Below, piece after piece: positions 1 through 16,160 of a stretch of DNA of 64,000 nt. Each line of letters starts with the position of its first letter. Position 1 is the first letter of the stretch. The stretch is from the human T2T-CHM13v2.0 reference genome, Homo sapiens: NCBI RefSeq assembly GCF_009914755.1, contig NC_060937.1. One strand, given 5' to 3'. A model generated the notes under the pieces. It did not search any database. It was not told where the DNA came from and saw nothing but the letters and a program-made list of their open reading frames with translations. Made by a program: the position numbers and the translations under genes.

Positions 1-106
1 TATGTTGGCCGGGATGATCTCAAGCTCCTGACCTCAGGTGATCCGCCCACCTCAGCCTCCCAAAGTGCTGGGATTACAGGAGTGAGCCGTAATCCCGTGC
101 CCGGCC
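1..106 (-). mobile_element. Alu (AluS-type) left arm, cut by the window start
   Basis: Reverse complement of the Alu 5' arm: ctcctgacctcaggtgatccgcccacctcagcctcccaaagtgctgggattacagg...cccggcc. Confidence 0.95.
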
Positions 107-286
107 TCCAACAAACTTTTAATTACACTCTACTCTCTCCATTTTCATCTTCCTCCAACCTGTTATATTTTACTCAGCAGAAGATTAATCTTCCCCAAAA
201 TATCAATTTCATCAAATTGATGCCTTTTTCAAAAACTTCTGTTTTCATTGCCTACAGAATAACGTTATAACTCTGTAGTCAAACCC

Positions 287-897
287 TGTGATGGGTTTAT
301 GCTGAGTTAAATTGGCTAATCTTGGAACTACATTTCCTCAATTCCCTTCCCCAAAGAGTTTCAGGTTAGTGTTGCCCACAAGAGAAAAGCCAAGTATCCA
401 CAGGATACTTGGATAGCAGGCAGGAGGGAGCAGCCATTTCCAGGCTCTGAGTGTCAGAATGGTCCCAGCTGCAGTGGCTAACACAGCACGGTGGTCTACA
501 GGCTAGCAGCCTGCAGCTCCTCAGGCTCCTGCCGGGTCCTGTCTTTCAGCTTCTCCAAGTCCAGCGCCAGGTTTTTGTGCAGCTCAAAGCAAAGGGCATC
601 AGTTCTTCTATATGTCACCGTGTCATCAAGGCTGGAGGTGGTGAGAGACAGAGTCAAGTGGTTCTTAAGGGTTTCAGTCCTTGAAGCTCCTTGTTTGCCC
701 TGCTTTTTCCTATTTCCTATCCAGCCTTTCTTCCCGACAGCTGACATCTGACCTATGGAGACAGCAGGTCCAACATCAGATTCAAGAAGCAACAGCCCTG
801 CATAGATTCCTCCACCAGCACCCACGACTGCATCAGGGCTAACCCGTGGAATAAACCACTCTTAATGGTTCCGCTTCTCTGATCAAACCCTGATTAT
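287..897 (+). mobile_element. Old ERVL-class solo LTR (LTR40/MLT2-like; subfamily uncertain)
   Basis: Starts tgtgatggg...ggaactacatttcc; has AATAAA near 850 and an ERVL-type end ggttccgcttctctgatcaaaccctgat. Confidence 0.5.
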
Positions 898-2036
898 GCC
901 CAGCCACCTCATTTCCCTCTTAATCTCTTCATAGGCATCTCTCTGGTACTCCAAGCAGTTTAATTACCCAGGCATGTTATGTGAGCTCCACCTGGACGCC
1001 ATTGCTATGGCCTTGTCTTCCACTGACTCACCTCTCCAGTCACCCAAATCTCACGCACAACCTACAAACTCCAACTCAAGTCCTCTCTGCAGCTTCCCTC
1101 GACCACTTCAGCCCCTGGTGACCTCCTCCCAGTGACTGGAATGGGGATTCTCAATTTTTCTCATGAGGATACACATGGGAAGTGAGCCCCAGGGTTCTGG
1201 CTGCTCCCAACACCAAGTCCCTCCAAGGATCGAAAGGATTAATATCTCAGCATCGATAATCATTTGCATCCAGTTGGAGAGTCTGGTGCAAATCTCTTTT
1301 CTGTAATATCAAGTTGGAATTTAAATTATCTTGCAATGGAAAGAGGCAGTGTTACACAGTGACCCAACATAGAGCAAATGAGTTCTGAATTTAAATCTCC
1401 ACATCAATGACAAGGGGAGCTCCAGATACAAATCACTCGGTCTTTCTAAGCCTCAGTTTCCACAGCTATAAAAGAGAAATAATCATGTCTACTTCACTGC
1501 AGTGGTTGTAGAGATTTAATTAGATACTATGGAGCAAGTATACAATGCCTTGCTTATAAAATTGCTAATCATATCTGCTATAATTATTATTGTACATATT
1601 TACTGACTAGCCATTAATAAGCTATTTGCAAGAAAATAATTATGTAACATTGTTAAATATTGACCCTGGGTTGGGCATTAGACTACACTTTTCATAACTT
1701 CTTTAGTTCTCCAATAACCCTATAAGGTGGGTAGCGTTAAAATACTTAATTTGTACGTGAGGACACCTCCACATAATTTTCTTGGCCACAGCAACATAGC
1801 GTTTCTCCTACCACCTACTGGGAAGCACACATGTTGCTTCCTTTGCCTAATATAACCCTTTCACAACCTGCCCTAACCCTTATATTCATAATTGTATCCT
1901 CCTGACCAGAATGCAATGCTGGGTTCTGGCCAAGAGGGCCCCAGACCAGGGAAGTTGTTTAAAATGAGTCACATAAATGTGCAGGAAGAAACATGTGGTT
2001 TTTCCTTCCCTAGTAGGAGAAAGGCTGTTGACTCCA

Positions 2037-2468
2037 GTTATAGATTGAAGTGGATTCCCCCAAAAGACGCTGAAGTCCTAATCTCCAGTACCTGTGACAT
2101 GACCTTGTTTAGAAATAGGATCTCTGCAGATGAGCAGGTTAAGATGAGGTCATTAGAGTGGACCTTAATCCACTATGACTGGTGTTCTCATAAAAAATGA
2201 AATTTAGACAACAGAAACCTGCATGCACAGTGGGAAGACCATGAAAAGACACAGAGAGAACGCCATCTACAAACCAAGGAACAGTTGAGCCCACGGAAGT
2301 GGGGAGAGGTATGGGGCCCATTCCCCCCAACAGGCCTCACAAGAAACCAACCCTGCTGAAACCTTAATTTCCAACTTCTAGTTTCCAGAACCGTGAGACA
2401 ACAAATTTCCCTTTTTAAGCCACTCAGTGTGTGACACTTTGTTACAGAAGCCCCAGGAAACTAACACA
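2037..2468 (+). mobile_element. MaLR solo LTR (MLT1B/C-like)
   Basis: Typical MLT1 motifs: gaagtcctaatctccagtacctgtga, gttaagatgaggtcattag, aaccaaccctgctga; ends ggaaactaacaca. Confidence 0.85.
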
Positions 2469-3495
2469 AGTGCTAGTCATCTTTCCAAACCAGAGGCCTC
2501 TCCATATTGCTCATGCTTTCCCAGGACGCTGAGCCCCTGACTTTTGGGGAGGAAAATGAACTGATCATTTTTGAGGACACCAGACTCTATATTACACATT
2601 CCTCATCCCATTTAGTCCTTAGACAGTCCTAGGACATACTCATTACTCTCCCCCTTTTAGAGATAAGCCAAATGGAGACAAAGAGATGTTCAATAACTGC
2701 CCAGCATAAATGATGGAAGTGAGAGTCAAGCCCATGGCTAGCTCCAAAGCCAATGCTCTTTCCAGTATTTCATCCTGTTTCCCCTTCCATTAAGTAGCAG
2801 ATGATTCAACCTTGCAAATGTTCTTGTCCTCTAACCTTTCTCACCCTGTCTGCACTTCCCAAAGGGGACACTTACCATTGCAGGAAGAAATTGAGAGGCA
2901 GAGTATTCCTTAATAAGGCTCAACTCCTAGCCTGTGGTCCCCAGACTTACAGTTTCCCATCTTACAGAGATATTCAAGGATCTCTCAGCTAATTAGACTG
3001 ATTGCAAAGAATGTCATAAAAGAAAAAAAAGGAAAAAAACGGACTTACAGGATGTCTTTAAAGTTGCAATTTTATTACTCCCAACTGTACATGAAATATA
3101 AAGTAGGCCAACAAAGTGCTGCCTGGGGGAGAATCCTTGAGGGATCTGCTTTAATGAATAAATAAGTGTGTTTTTGAAATTAGCTTTCCATTGTTTATAG
3201 TAAATCCCCATGAGAGTTTGCAAGTAGTTGCTTTCTTATTCATGAAAAGAATTTCTCTCTATTGTCTTTCTTACCGTGTTGAGGGGATGGTGATTATTGC
3301 GAACTTCAGTTCAGGGAAGGCCACTGATGCAGACCAGCCAGAGCCAAGGTCAAAAGGCAGAAGTAGATGCTGTCAGGCCCAGCCCTGGGAGGGCCCCCAC
3401 ACAGGGAGGGTCAAATGAACCGGGTATCCTTAGGTCACCAGAGATTCAGTCATTGATCCTACCTATTCCGGGAGAACTTCAGAGAAGTTCTACTA

Positions 3496-4367
<872 letters not shown>

Positions 4368-4545
4368 TCCCCTTCCTCCTGATCCATTCCATTCTCCATT
4401 TTTCTCCACCCTGCTCCATGCCTCAGTTCTTAATCTCTAAGAGCTGCATCTTTGGACTCTTACCTTCTGGCTTCCCTTTGGGTTCATCAATGTTCAGGGT
4501 ATTTATTACCCCCAGATTCTTCAAGGATGGGCCAAGATCAGATTC

Positions 4546-4917
4546 CAACATCAGATTCCAAGTTCTTCAGCTTTTGGACTTATATCAGTGATTTGCCAGG
4601 GTCTCTCAGGCCTTCAGCCACAGACTTAAGGCTGCCCTGTCGGCTTCCCTACTTTTGAGGTTTTGGGACTTGAACTGGCTTTCTTGCTCCTCACAGACAC
4701 ACCCAGGAACATGCCCCAAACCAGTGAGCCAAGGTCGCACCACTGCACTCCAGCCTGGGCGACAGAGCAAGACTCTGTCGCAGAAGAAAAAAAAAAATGT
4801 TAATCTCCTTTGGCAACACCCTCACAGACACACCCAACACCCTCACAGACACACCCAGGAACACTACTTTGCATCCTTCAATCCAATCAAATTGACACTC
4901 AATATTAACCATCACAA
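4546..4917. mobile_element. Rearranged MLT2A-like ERVL LTR pieces (4546-4693 on +, 4797-4917 on -) flanking an Alu 3' fragment (4722-4797, +)
   Basis: aacatcagattccaagttcttcagcttttggac...ttgctcctca matches the MLT2A internal part in sense; ...caatattaaccatcaca is the reverse complement of the MLT2A 5' end TGTGATGGTTAATATTGAGTGTCAA. Confidence 0.8.
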
Positions 4918-5708
4918 GTAGGTACTCGATAAGTATTTTGGGGGAAAAATGGATTGATGGATGGGCTATTAATTTTCCTTTAGCTCTGAGGTGATTCTGC
5001 TCCCCCTTCTCTCTCTTCCTAGCTCCTTCTTTTCCTCCATTCCTTTCTCAAACTTTTGACCCTTCAGGCTTTGGTTATTGATATTGCTCTGAAATTGTCC
5101 CCTGCAACTGAGAACTGATAGGATAGTCACCCATCACCTCTTAGACAAAAGTAGGAATTTGACACCTGGAACATCCCAAAACCTGATGCCCCAAACCAGT
5201 GTTTGGATTCTTCCTAAAATGTCAGTGGAAAATGTGACACCAGTGGTTGTTGAGATGGGAGACATCAGTGCATGGAAGTCAGCAGACTGATACAGGAGCA
5301 GTACACCCCACCCAGCATAAATGGACACAACAGAGAATAAAATGGGCTTGGGAAGGGGAATTCTGGATTCACACTCACCACGCCAGAGAGCTTCTCATTC
5401 GGCATTTTAACATGCTGACCCACTGGGATGGAAGATTGTCTCATTTTCTGGACCCATAGTGAAATGATAAAAGAGAGAGGCCAGCTACTCGGGGGCCCTT
5501 CCCTACCTAAGGCCACACATGCTGATTCAGGGCATCTGGACAGTGAAAGGTGATTGGACGTTAGCACACATGAAGTCCAAGGTCAGGGATTGGAAATGAT
5601 CAGCAATATAACCAGGTAGGAACATGTGTTAGCTGGAACTTCTGACCCTCATAAGGGAGAGATAAGAGACCAATAGCTTAATTACTGATAGAAAAGTTGA
5701 TCTCGATT

Positions 5709-6149
<441 letters not shown>

Positions 6150-6309
6150 TGAATCTCAATCCCCTCATATCTTTTTGTTTCTGTTTGCGTTTGACATAAG
6201 TATTTGCTGAAAGTCAGGGGCATTCTAGGCTTCCCTGGAGATGGAGGGTCAGAGGACAGGTCCACATTTGGCCTGTCTGCCATCTGTAGCAGGTATACAT
6301 TAGGAAAAG

Positions 6310-6512
6310 CAGTCAGCTGAGAGTGAATCGGGCCTGGGTAGCAATTCTGGCTCTGCCACTGTTCACTAGCTGCGTGACCTTCACCTCTTTGCGTCTCAAT
6401 TTCCACATGACTACAGGGGGATAAACCCTACAGCATAGCTTTGTTGGGAGGATTAAATCAGGCAACACATGCCCAGTACCTAGAATAGTCCCTGGGTCTT
6501 AGTAGGCCCTCA
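6310..6512 (+). mobile_element. MIR
   Basis: aattctggctctgccact...tgcgtgacctt...tctcaatttccacat...gaggattaaat core. Confidence 0.7.
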
Positions 6513-7499
6513 GTAAGCAGTGGCCATAAGGATCGCTGGCTGCAAGGCCTCCCTGCATTGGTTGACCACAAAGAACGTGGTGATGGTGCATGATGAAATG
6601 AATCGTTTTTGTTTTCCCTGTCCTGACAAAAGATGTCCCCTGGCTCTTGCTGGGTATGAAACAGCCAAAGCAGAATGAGTACTAAGAGCCCCCTTTGTCC
6701 CGAGTGAGGCCTCATTTGTCGGACACAAATGCTGCTCTGGCAGTCCTGGATGTCTGGGCCACTGTTACAAATCTGTTTGGGTTGGAGTAGCACCAGTTCA
6801 CCACTGCCATGTGTCCAAGCTCCCAGGCTGCCTGAGTGCAGCCGTGAATTCATTCAGAGTGGCCCTGCCCTCGGGGCTCTTGTAACCTCGGGCTTTAAAT
6901 TCGGAGAATCAGCAATTAATTTTCATGACCTTGCTCCTCTCCGAATGGAGATTTCCCAGGGGCCGTGGCCTGCCAGTGGGTAGGATGACTTCTGGAGAGA
7001 CTTCCTAGGTTCCAGGAGCCAGCGTTATTGGTGTTGGAAGGGCAAGGACCTGGCAGTCTTCTTGGTAGATGCTCTTCAGAGCCTGATCATCCCACATGTC
7101 GGCGGGGGGGAAGCCACTGCCACGGCTTTGTATGTTGTTAAGGAGAAGAAAATGGCGGGGGGTGGGGGGGATAACCAAATTTAATGGATGAATTTATTAT
7201 GAAGAATTATTTATTTATTATGCTCATTCTGCTCAGACAGACTGCAGGCTTAAAGAAAAGGACAACTGGGAAGCTAATTTCTGGGGCAGAGCCTCAAGCC
7301 TGTTAGCAGACACCCAGGCACTTGTGTATGAACCAGTGTCACTCTGTGTGGCTGTGCCTCGCAGTCACACCCATTCTGCTCAGGCAGTCTGGATTTCCAC
7401 TCTTCTACTTGGGGAGGGGAGAATGATCAACAAGAACAGAACGATGGGCCTATAGAACTTTACTGCAAGTGAACATATGAGCTGTCTTTGTAAATATTC

Positions 7500-7867
7500 A
7501 TTTTTTTTGGTGGCAAAATACATATCAAACTTACCATCTTAACTATTTTCATGAGCACAGTTTGGTAGCATTTAGTACACACCCATTGTTGTGCAACCAA
7601 TCTCCAGAACTCTTCATTTTGCAAAGCTGAAACTCTGCATGCATTAAACAGTATCTCCCCAGCTCCCTCTGTCCCCAGATCCTGGCGACCACCATTCTTC
7701 TTTCTGTCTCTATGAGTCTGACTACTCCAAGTACCTCAGATAGGTGGAATCACATGGTATTTATCCTTCGGTGACCGGGTTATTTCACTTAGTGCAATGT
7801 CCTCAAGGTTCATCCATGTTGTAGCATGTGTCAGAATTTCCTTCCTTTTTTAAGGCTGAATAATATG
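7500..7867 (-). mobile_element. L1MB-type 3' end fragment
   Basis: ttgttgtgcaacc...accattcttctttctgtctctatgag...tcctcaaggttcatccatgttgtagcatgtgtcagaatttccttcctttttaaggctgaataat. Confidence 0.85.
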
Positions 7868-8590
7868 ACAAGCTGTCTTTTTAAGTTGCAGGTCAATTAC
7901 GGATCCTTTGAATATGAGAGGGAGCAGGATTGGCCCTTCAGGGTTTGAGGTTTTCAGGAAGCCCACAGAGATTGACTCCTTTTATGGGATTCCATAACCC
8001 ATATTTCAATGACCCCCTTCACACACTGCCAGTCAATCAGTGGATTTTTTTCACTGACTATGTTGACAGTCCTGGGCCATGCCTGCCCTTTGTACCAAGT
8101 TTTGGGGAAGTCCAGGCCTTGCATCCAGGGGAGAGAGAGGCCCAATCTCAACACAGCTCTGACATTTATTAGTGGTGACATCCTGAGTAAGTCACTTCAC
8201 CATTGTGAATACAGTGCCTCTGAAGTAAAATGGAGGTGACATTATGAACTCTATCTAGGTTGGGTGGAGATTAAATGAAAGAATATATATTAGAGCACCA
8301 GGCATGGTACCTGGTAAGTTCTCAACAAATGGATGTTAAATCTTAGTACAAAGCAAATTAAAGATGAGATTTTTCTTTTGACTAAGCATAGCACCCAGAC
8401 AGACTAGTGGCGCTCCAACATTTTTTGAGTCAGGGGCTCCTCTGAGGATCACTTACATGCCTACACAACGTGACACTAAATTTCTGGGAATTCTTGAATC
8501 TCATGATGTCCATCCATGACTTCAGGCACAAGATCAAGGACCTGGGATCGAGATAGCAGAGGATAAAACATTCCCAGAAAATGTAGATCA

Positions 8591-8885
8591 GGCCGGGTAT
8601 AGTATCTCACCACTCTAATCCCAGCACTTTGGGAGGAAAGAGCAGGAGGATTGCTTGAGCTCAGGAGTTTGAGACCAGCCTGGGCAATACAGTGAGACCC
8701 TATCTCTACAAAAAGCAAAAAAAAAAAAAAAAAAAAAAAAATTCACCAGATGTGGTGACACACGCCTGTAGGTCCCATCTACTCAGGAGGCTGAGGTGGG
8801 AGGATCACTTGAGCCCGGAGGTTGAGGCCACAGTCAGCCAAGATCACACCACTGCCCTCCAGCCTGGGTGAAAAGAAAAAGAAGA
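8591..8885 (+). mobile_element. AluJ-type with long mid poly(A) and a clipped 3' end
   Basis: Dimeric Alu; TSD agaaaatg(t/c)agatca at 8576-8590 and 8886-8900. Confidence 0.95.
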
Positions 8886-9322
8886 AGAAAATGCAGATCA
8901 TGTTTTATATAGAGTGAAAAAAGTAAGGAACAGAGTCCTGCAAGTGCTAAAGGGACACTAATAGGGAACGCTAACGCAGTCAGGTGGATCCAGTGAGGAA
9001 TACTTCCTCATGGATATTCAGAAATTTCTCAAGGACTCAGTGTTTACTTTTCATTCTACTGTGAGTGGTTCACCAGTCTTAAGATTTCTCCCTCATTTCC
9101 ACCCTGGGAAAGCACATGCTCTCGTGCGAGCTACACAATGTAAGCACTTACTTGTGTTTGTCTTGTGCTTTGGCTGATTCGACTGCCGGTGGACCTTCAT
9201 GCATTCTTCCTCTTGTCGTGTGCTCTGGAGACCCTGTCTGCTGCTGAGTCTCTCCCAGGGCCCCACAGATGCAGCCGTTCCAATGAGATTGTGAGGTAAA
9301 GTTGCTCGGGGAATTGTTCTGA

Positions 9323-9687
<365 letters not shown>

Positions 9688-11479
9688 TGATTTAAAGACA
9701 CTCCATATATGTCTGTAGGGAAGCTTAGCACAGTGTGGACAAACATAGCCCCGTATTTCAAGGGAAATTTTGTTTTAAGGGCTCAGATGTCTTACCCTAT
9801 AATTCAACTGCCATCTTCCCCATCGTAGTTATCTCTTTCAAATGCAGGACCACAGTAAACGATGCGGGGAAGCATCCAGGCCTCCTTCTCCCTGCCACAC
9901 CCTGGCACATTCTCCAGCTAGTCTGGGACATGGGCATCACAAAAGCAGTTCTGCAAGTGCTAGTTGTCATCTCAAGCTGTCTTTCCCTGGCACCATGCCA
10001 ACTGCTGTTACAGACACCATTTCCACACCCTCCCCTCTGTGGCCTGGTGTGAGCATTTTACTAAATTTCAGTATTCCTTGTCACTACTGCTGCAAGTGTA
10101 GCATGAAAGACTTATATGGTAACAAAAAGCCTCTTGTCTAAGCAGACAGGGGAAAAAACATATAGGAAGCCTGATCTTCTAATTGCCCAGGAACTGGCAG
10201 GTGACCTTGCTCACCAATTACAGAGCCTTTGATTTAAGTCAAATAGCAAATCTATTAAATCTGATACCTTTGAATGATTTGAGTAGCCATGCTGTTATAA
10301 ACTACTTTAAAATGGCAGTAATCTGAAGAATCCAGAGGATGATAAGAAACACGTCTACTCACACGGCCAGAACAAATAACAGAAATGGCCAAAAAATGCT
10401 AAGCCTTCCAAACCCAGAACCAAACCCAGATAGCATTGACTGAAAGGATTTCTACTCTTTTTTCCTCCAATAATCTTAATTCCAGCAAAGCCAAGTCTCC
10501 TCAGTGACAAGAAAAACAAGTCAGGGTGTATTTTCTTGTTGGCTTTTGCTTTTAAAATAGCACTTTTCTCCTAATTACAAAATCCATTTATGCTTCATGG
10601 GGAAAGCTTGGAAAACAAAAACACAACAGATTCAAGGTCACTTTAAGATCTTGCCAGGACTACTTCAGGCATTCTAATGTATGTCTCTTTTATATTTAAA
10701 TAGATTTTTTTTTACAAAAATTACATGTTTATACATAAAGTCTTTTGGTCACTGATCTATTTATTTTACTTAGCAACATATTATAAATATTTTCCATACC
10801 AATTGATATTTTCTTTAATATGTTGTCTAGCAGCTACATACAGTTCTGTCATTTGGATGTATTGTAATCCTTTATTTATTAAGTCATAAGTAAGGCTTTG
10901 ATGGACATCTTTGAATGAAAATCTTTAACTTCATCTCTGATTACTCTTAGGATAACCTCCTAGAAGTTTACCTTCTGTTATTAATACATGCCCATGTTTT
11001 TAATCAGCAGTCTTCAAGTTCATCCTTTGATTCTACTTACTTAGGAGTCATTTCACCACCAAACAATAACATGAATATAGATGCCAAAACAAAAGGAATG
11101 AAAATGCCTCCAGTAGACCCAGAAACATGTTAAAGATTGAAGCTGTTCGTTAAGGAAAGCTTTAAGGCCAGACCAGAGATGAGCTATTTCCTGAAACATC
11201 AAATAGAGAAAATGAGCTGATGTCAACAGAGAGATTCAAGAGAAGTTACTATAACACAATTTCAAATTAAATTTCCAACACTTCCAGAAATAAGTGTCAC
11301 TGAGGAAAGTTAGAAAAGACACGGGCACACTGTGCAAAAACAATGTATTGCTTGCAGTGATAATAAATAAACTTCCAATATTTGTAGATCAGCATGTCAA
11401 AGATAAAATGGTTGGTAATATGAGTCACATCTATTTTATTTTCTATCTGTGTTATGGCTGCATACATTTAAAGAGTGAG

Positions 11480-13980
<2,501 letters not shown>

Positions 13981-15944
13981 GGAAGAAACTCCTGCATGAA
14001 CTCCTGGAAGCAGGGAATACTTTTAAGGAAGAGAAAACAAACAGTAAAACTATTACCACAGAAGTTCAAAGGGTGATATGCTGAGGGGAGGGTAAGAGTA
14101 CAAGGAAAATATCCCAAGCTTAGCGCTTTCTCCTAAAGTGTGCAAGCGGAATGCAACTGAACCCAGAGAAAGAGGGAGCTCCTCACAACAGTAGAAAACC
14201 AGATTGGGAGGAAGCTTTGTAACAATTGGTGATTTTATCTGCCCCAGCCAATGCACACCTACATTTGAATGTAGGTGAATTTCTGAACCAATGCCTTGAT
14301 AGGTGTATATTTGATAGGCGTACCTTTGAATGTAGGTGAATTTCTGTACCAATGACCCTCGTGATGTTATCACTCTCATTCTTCAAATGAAGCAAAAGGC
14401 CCAAGAAGGCAAAGTAACATATCCATGATTACAGCGATCATCAGTGACAGGGTCAAGATGTAAACTCTTGTCTTTCTGATACTAAACTTATGTCCCTTGG
14501 CCATATTGATCATGTGGCACTCACAGGCCATATTGCTAATATTGCACTTGAGAGTGACCAGCCGTCTATCCGTACTGTCCCCACATTCTCCCCTGCCTCA
14601 CTCACACTAACACTTGGAGCCGTGTGCTCCATGGTTCTTCTTGCAGCAAAGTTTTCCTTCTCTCCTCTGTTGGTATGCTCATTTGTTTCCTTTAACTTCT
14701 TAGTTTCCAATTAGTCAAGATCCATATTGCTGACAGATGATCAGGGTGTGGTTCTTAGTAATGTTTATGGATAATGTAACTTCATCCAAATAATGTCTTG
14801 GGGGTTACTCAGAGAAATTTAGCAGATTAGCTAAGGGAAAGAAATAAGCTTGATGTTATCTTTGCCAAATATAATGGATTAATAGCTAAGGACAAGTGAT
14901 GATTTCTTTTGTGTATTACTTATAACATAGAAAATGAGTTTTTGTTTCTGAGGAATTAGTTTCTGGTCCATGCTTGGATGAGCCAGAAGTTTAGCTTTGT
15001 TGGCACTCTGGTTTTATCCATTTTTCTTCAATTCTTCCTTGAGGTTTTGTATGTTGCTACTCCTTCTCCTTGCTGTGCTAACAATTCTTTCCAGAATTAA
15101 CACTTTCGGATATGAGTATTGTGGAGGATGTGGAAAGCGTGGTCTGGTATAAGATCGCTGAACCAATGTTGAGTGTCACCGATGAATCTTCGCACCGTCC
15201 CTAGGTACCACTGGGCACCACACCAGGCCTAGGGTGACAAAAAAGGAGAAGATATATGTGGGGGAAAAGATAAAGAGACATGAAAGAAGAGAGGGCAAGA
15301 AAAAAGGGAGGGAGGAAGGGGAAATAGAAGAAGGGGTGCTCCTGGGTAGGGCAGCTAATCTGGCAATAAGATCCCCAGTCTCTGGCTCCCCACCTGTGTC
15401 CCCCCTGGGGCCTGGGTATTGCACCACAGGTCCAAAGGGTAAGAGTTCTTCACCTTTCATTTTGGCCATAGTCTGGCTTGCTCAGTTATTGTCTCATTTT
15501 TTTTACCCATCCTATTTGCCTTTTCACTTCAAATCTCAGTAATTGCAGCAGCTTCTGAGCATGACTCAGCCCTCAGATGTGATCGGTACAGCCCACAGAA
15601 AGTTTCACAATGCATTGGAATGCCTGCAGACAGACCTGCACGTCTCGAGGCATTGGAATGCCTGTAGACAGACCCACATGTCTCGAGGCCTCAGAATCCC
15701 CACTTCTTGTTACATCCTCCACTTCCCGGCTTGAGCTGCCTACTTGGCCTTTTAACGCATTTGCGTAGGTGACACCTGGCTTCCACTCTGTGAGCCCTAA
15801 TCCGCATGTGCCCTCCTAAGTATTATTTTATGCGTCTGTGTTCTTCATCCACCACCACATCTTGAAGTTACTGAAGGTAGGCACTGTCAGTAAAGGCATC
15901 CCACTGCCACTCCGCTTCACCACGGCCGTAACAGGAACCACAGG

Positions 15945-16160
15945 TATCACTATATCTGCCATTTACTGAGCTCCTCACATGTGGCAAGGCCTGTTCCAAA
16001 CACTTTACGTGTGATAATTCATTCGATCCTAAAATACAAAGAGGTTTAGATGAGGAAACTGAGGCACAGAGTAGTTAGCTTGGCCAAATTTAACACAGGG
16101 AAAGCCCAGGACTCCAAACCCTTTCAACTTTACAGGTTGCATGCTCAGTCACCACACCCA
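15945..16160 (-). mobile_element. MIR
   Basis: catttactgagc...agatgaggaaactgaggcacagag core. Confidence 0.75.
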
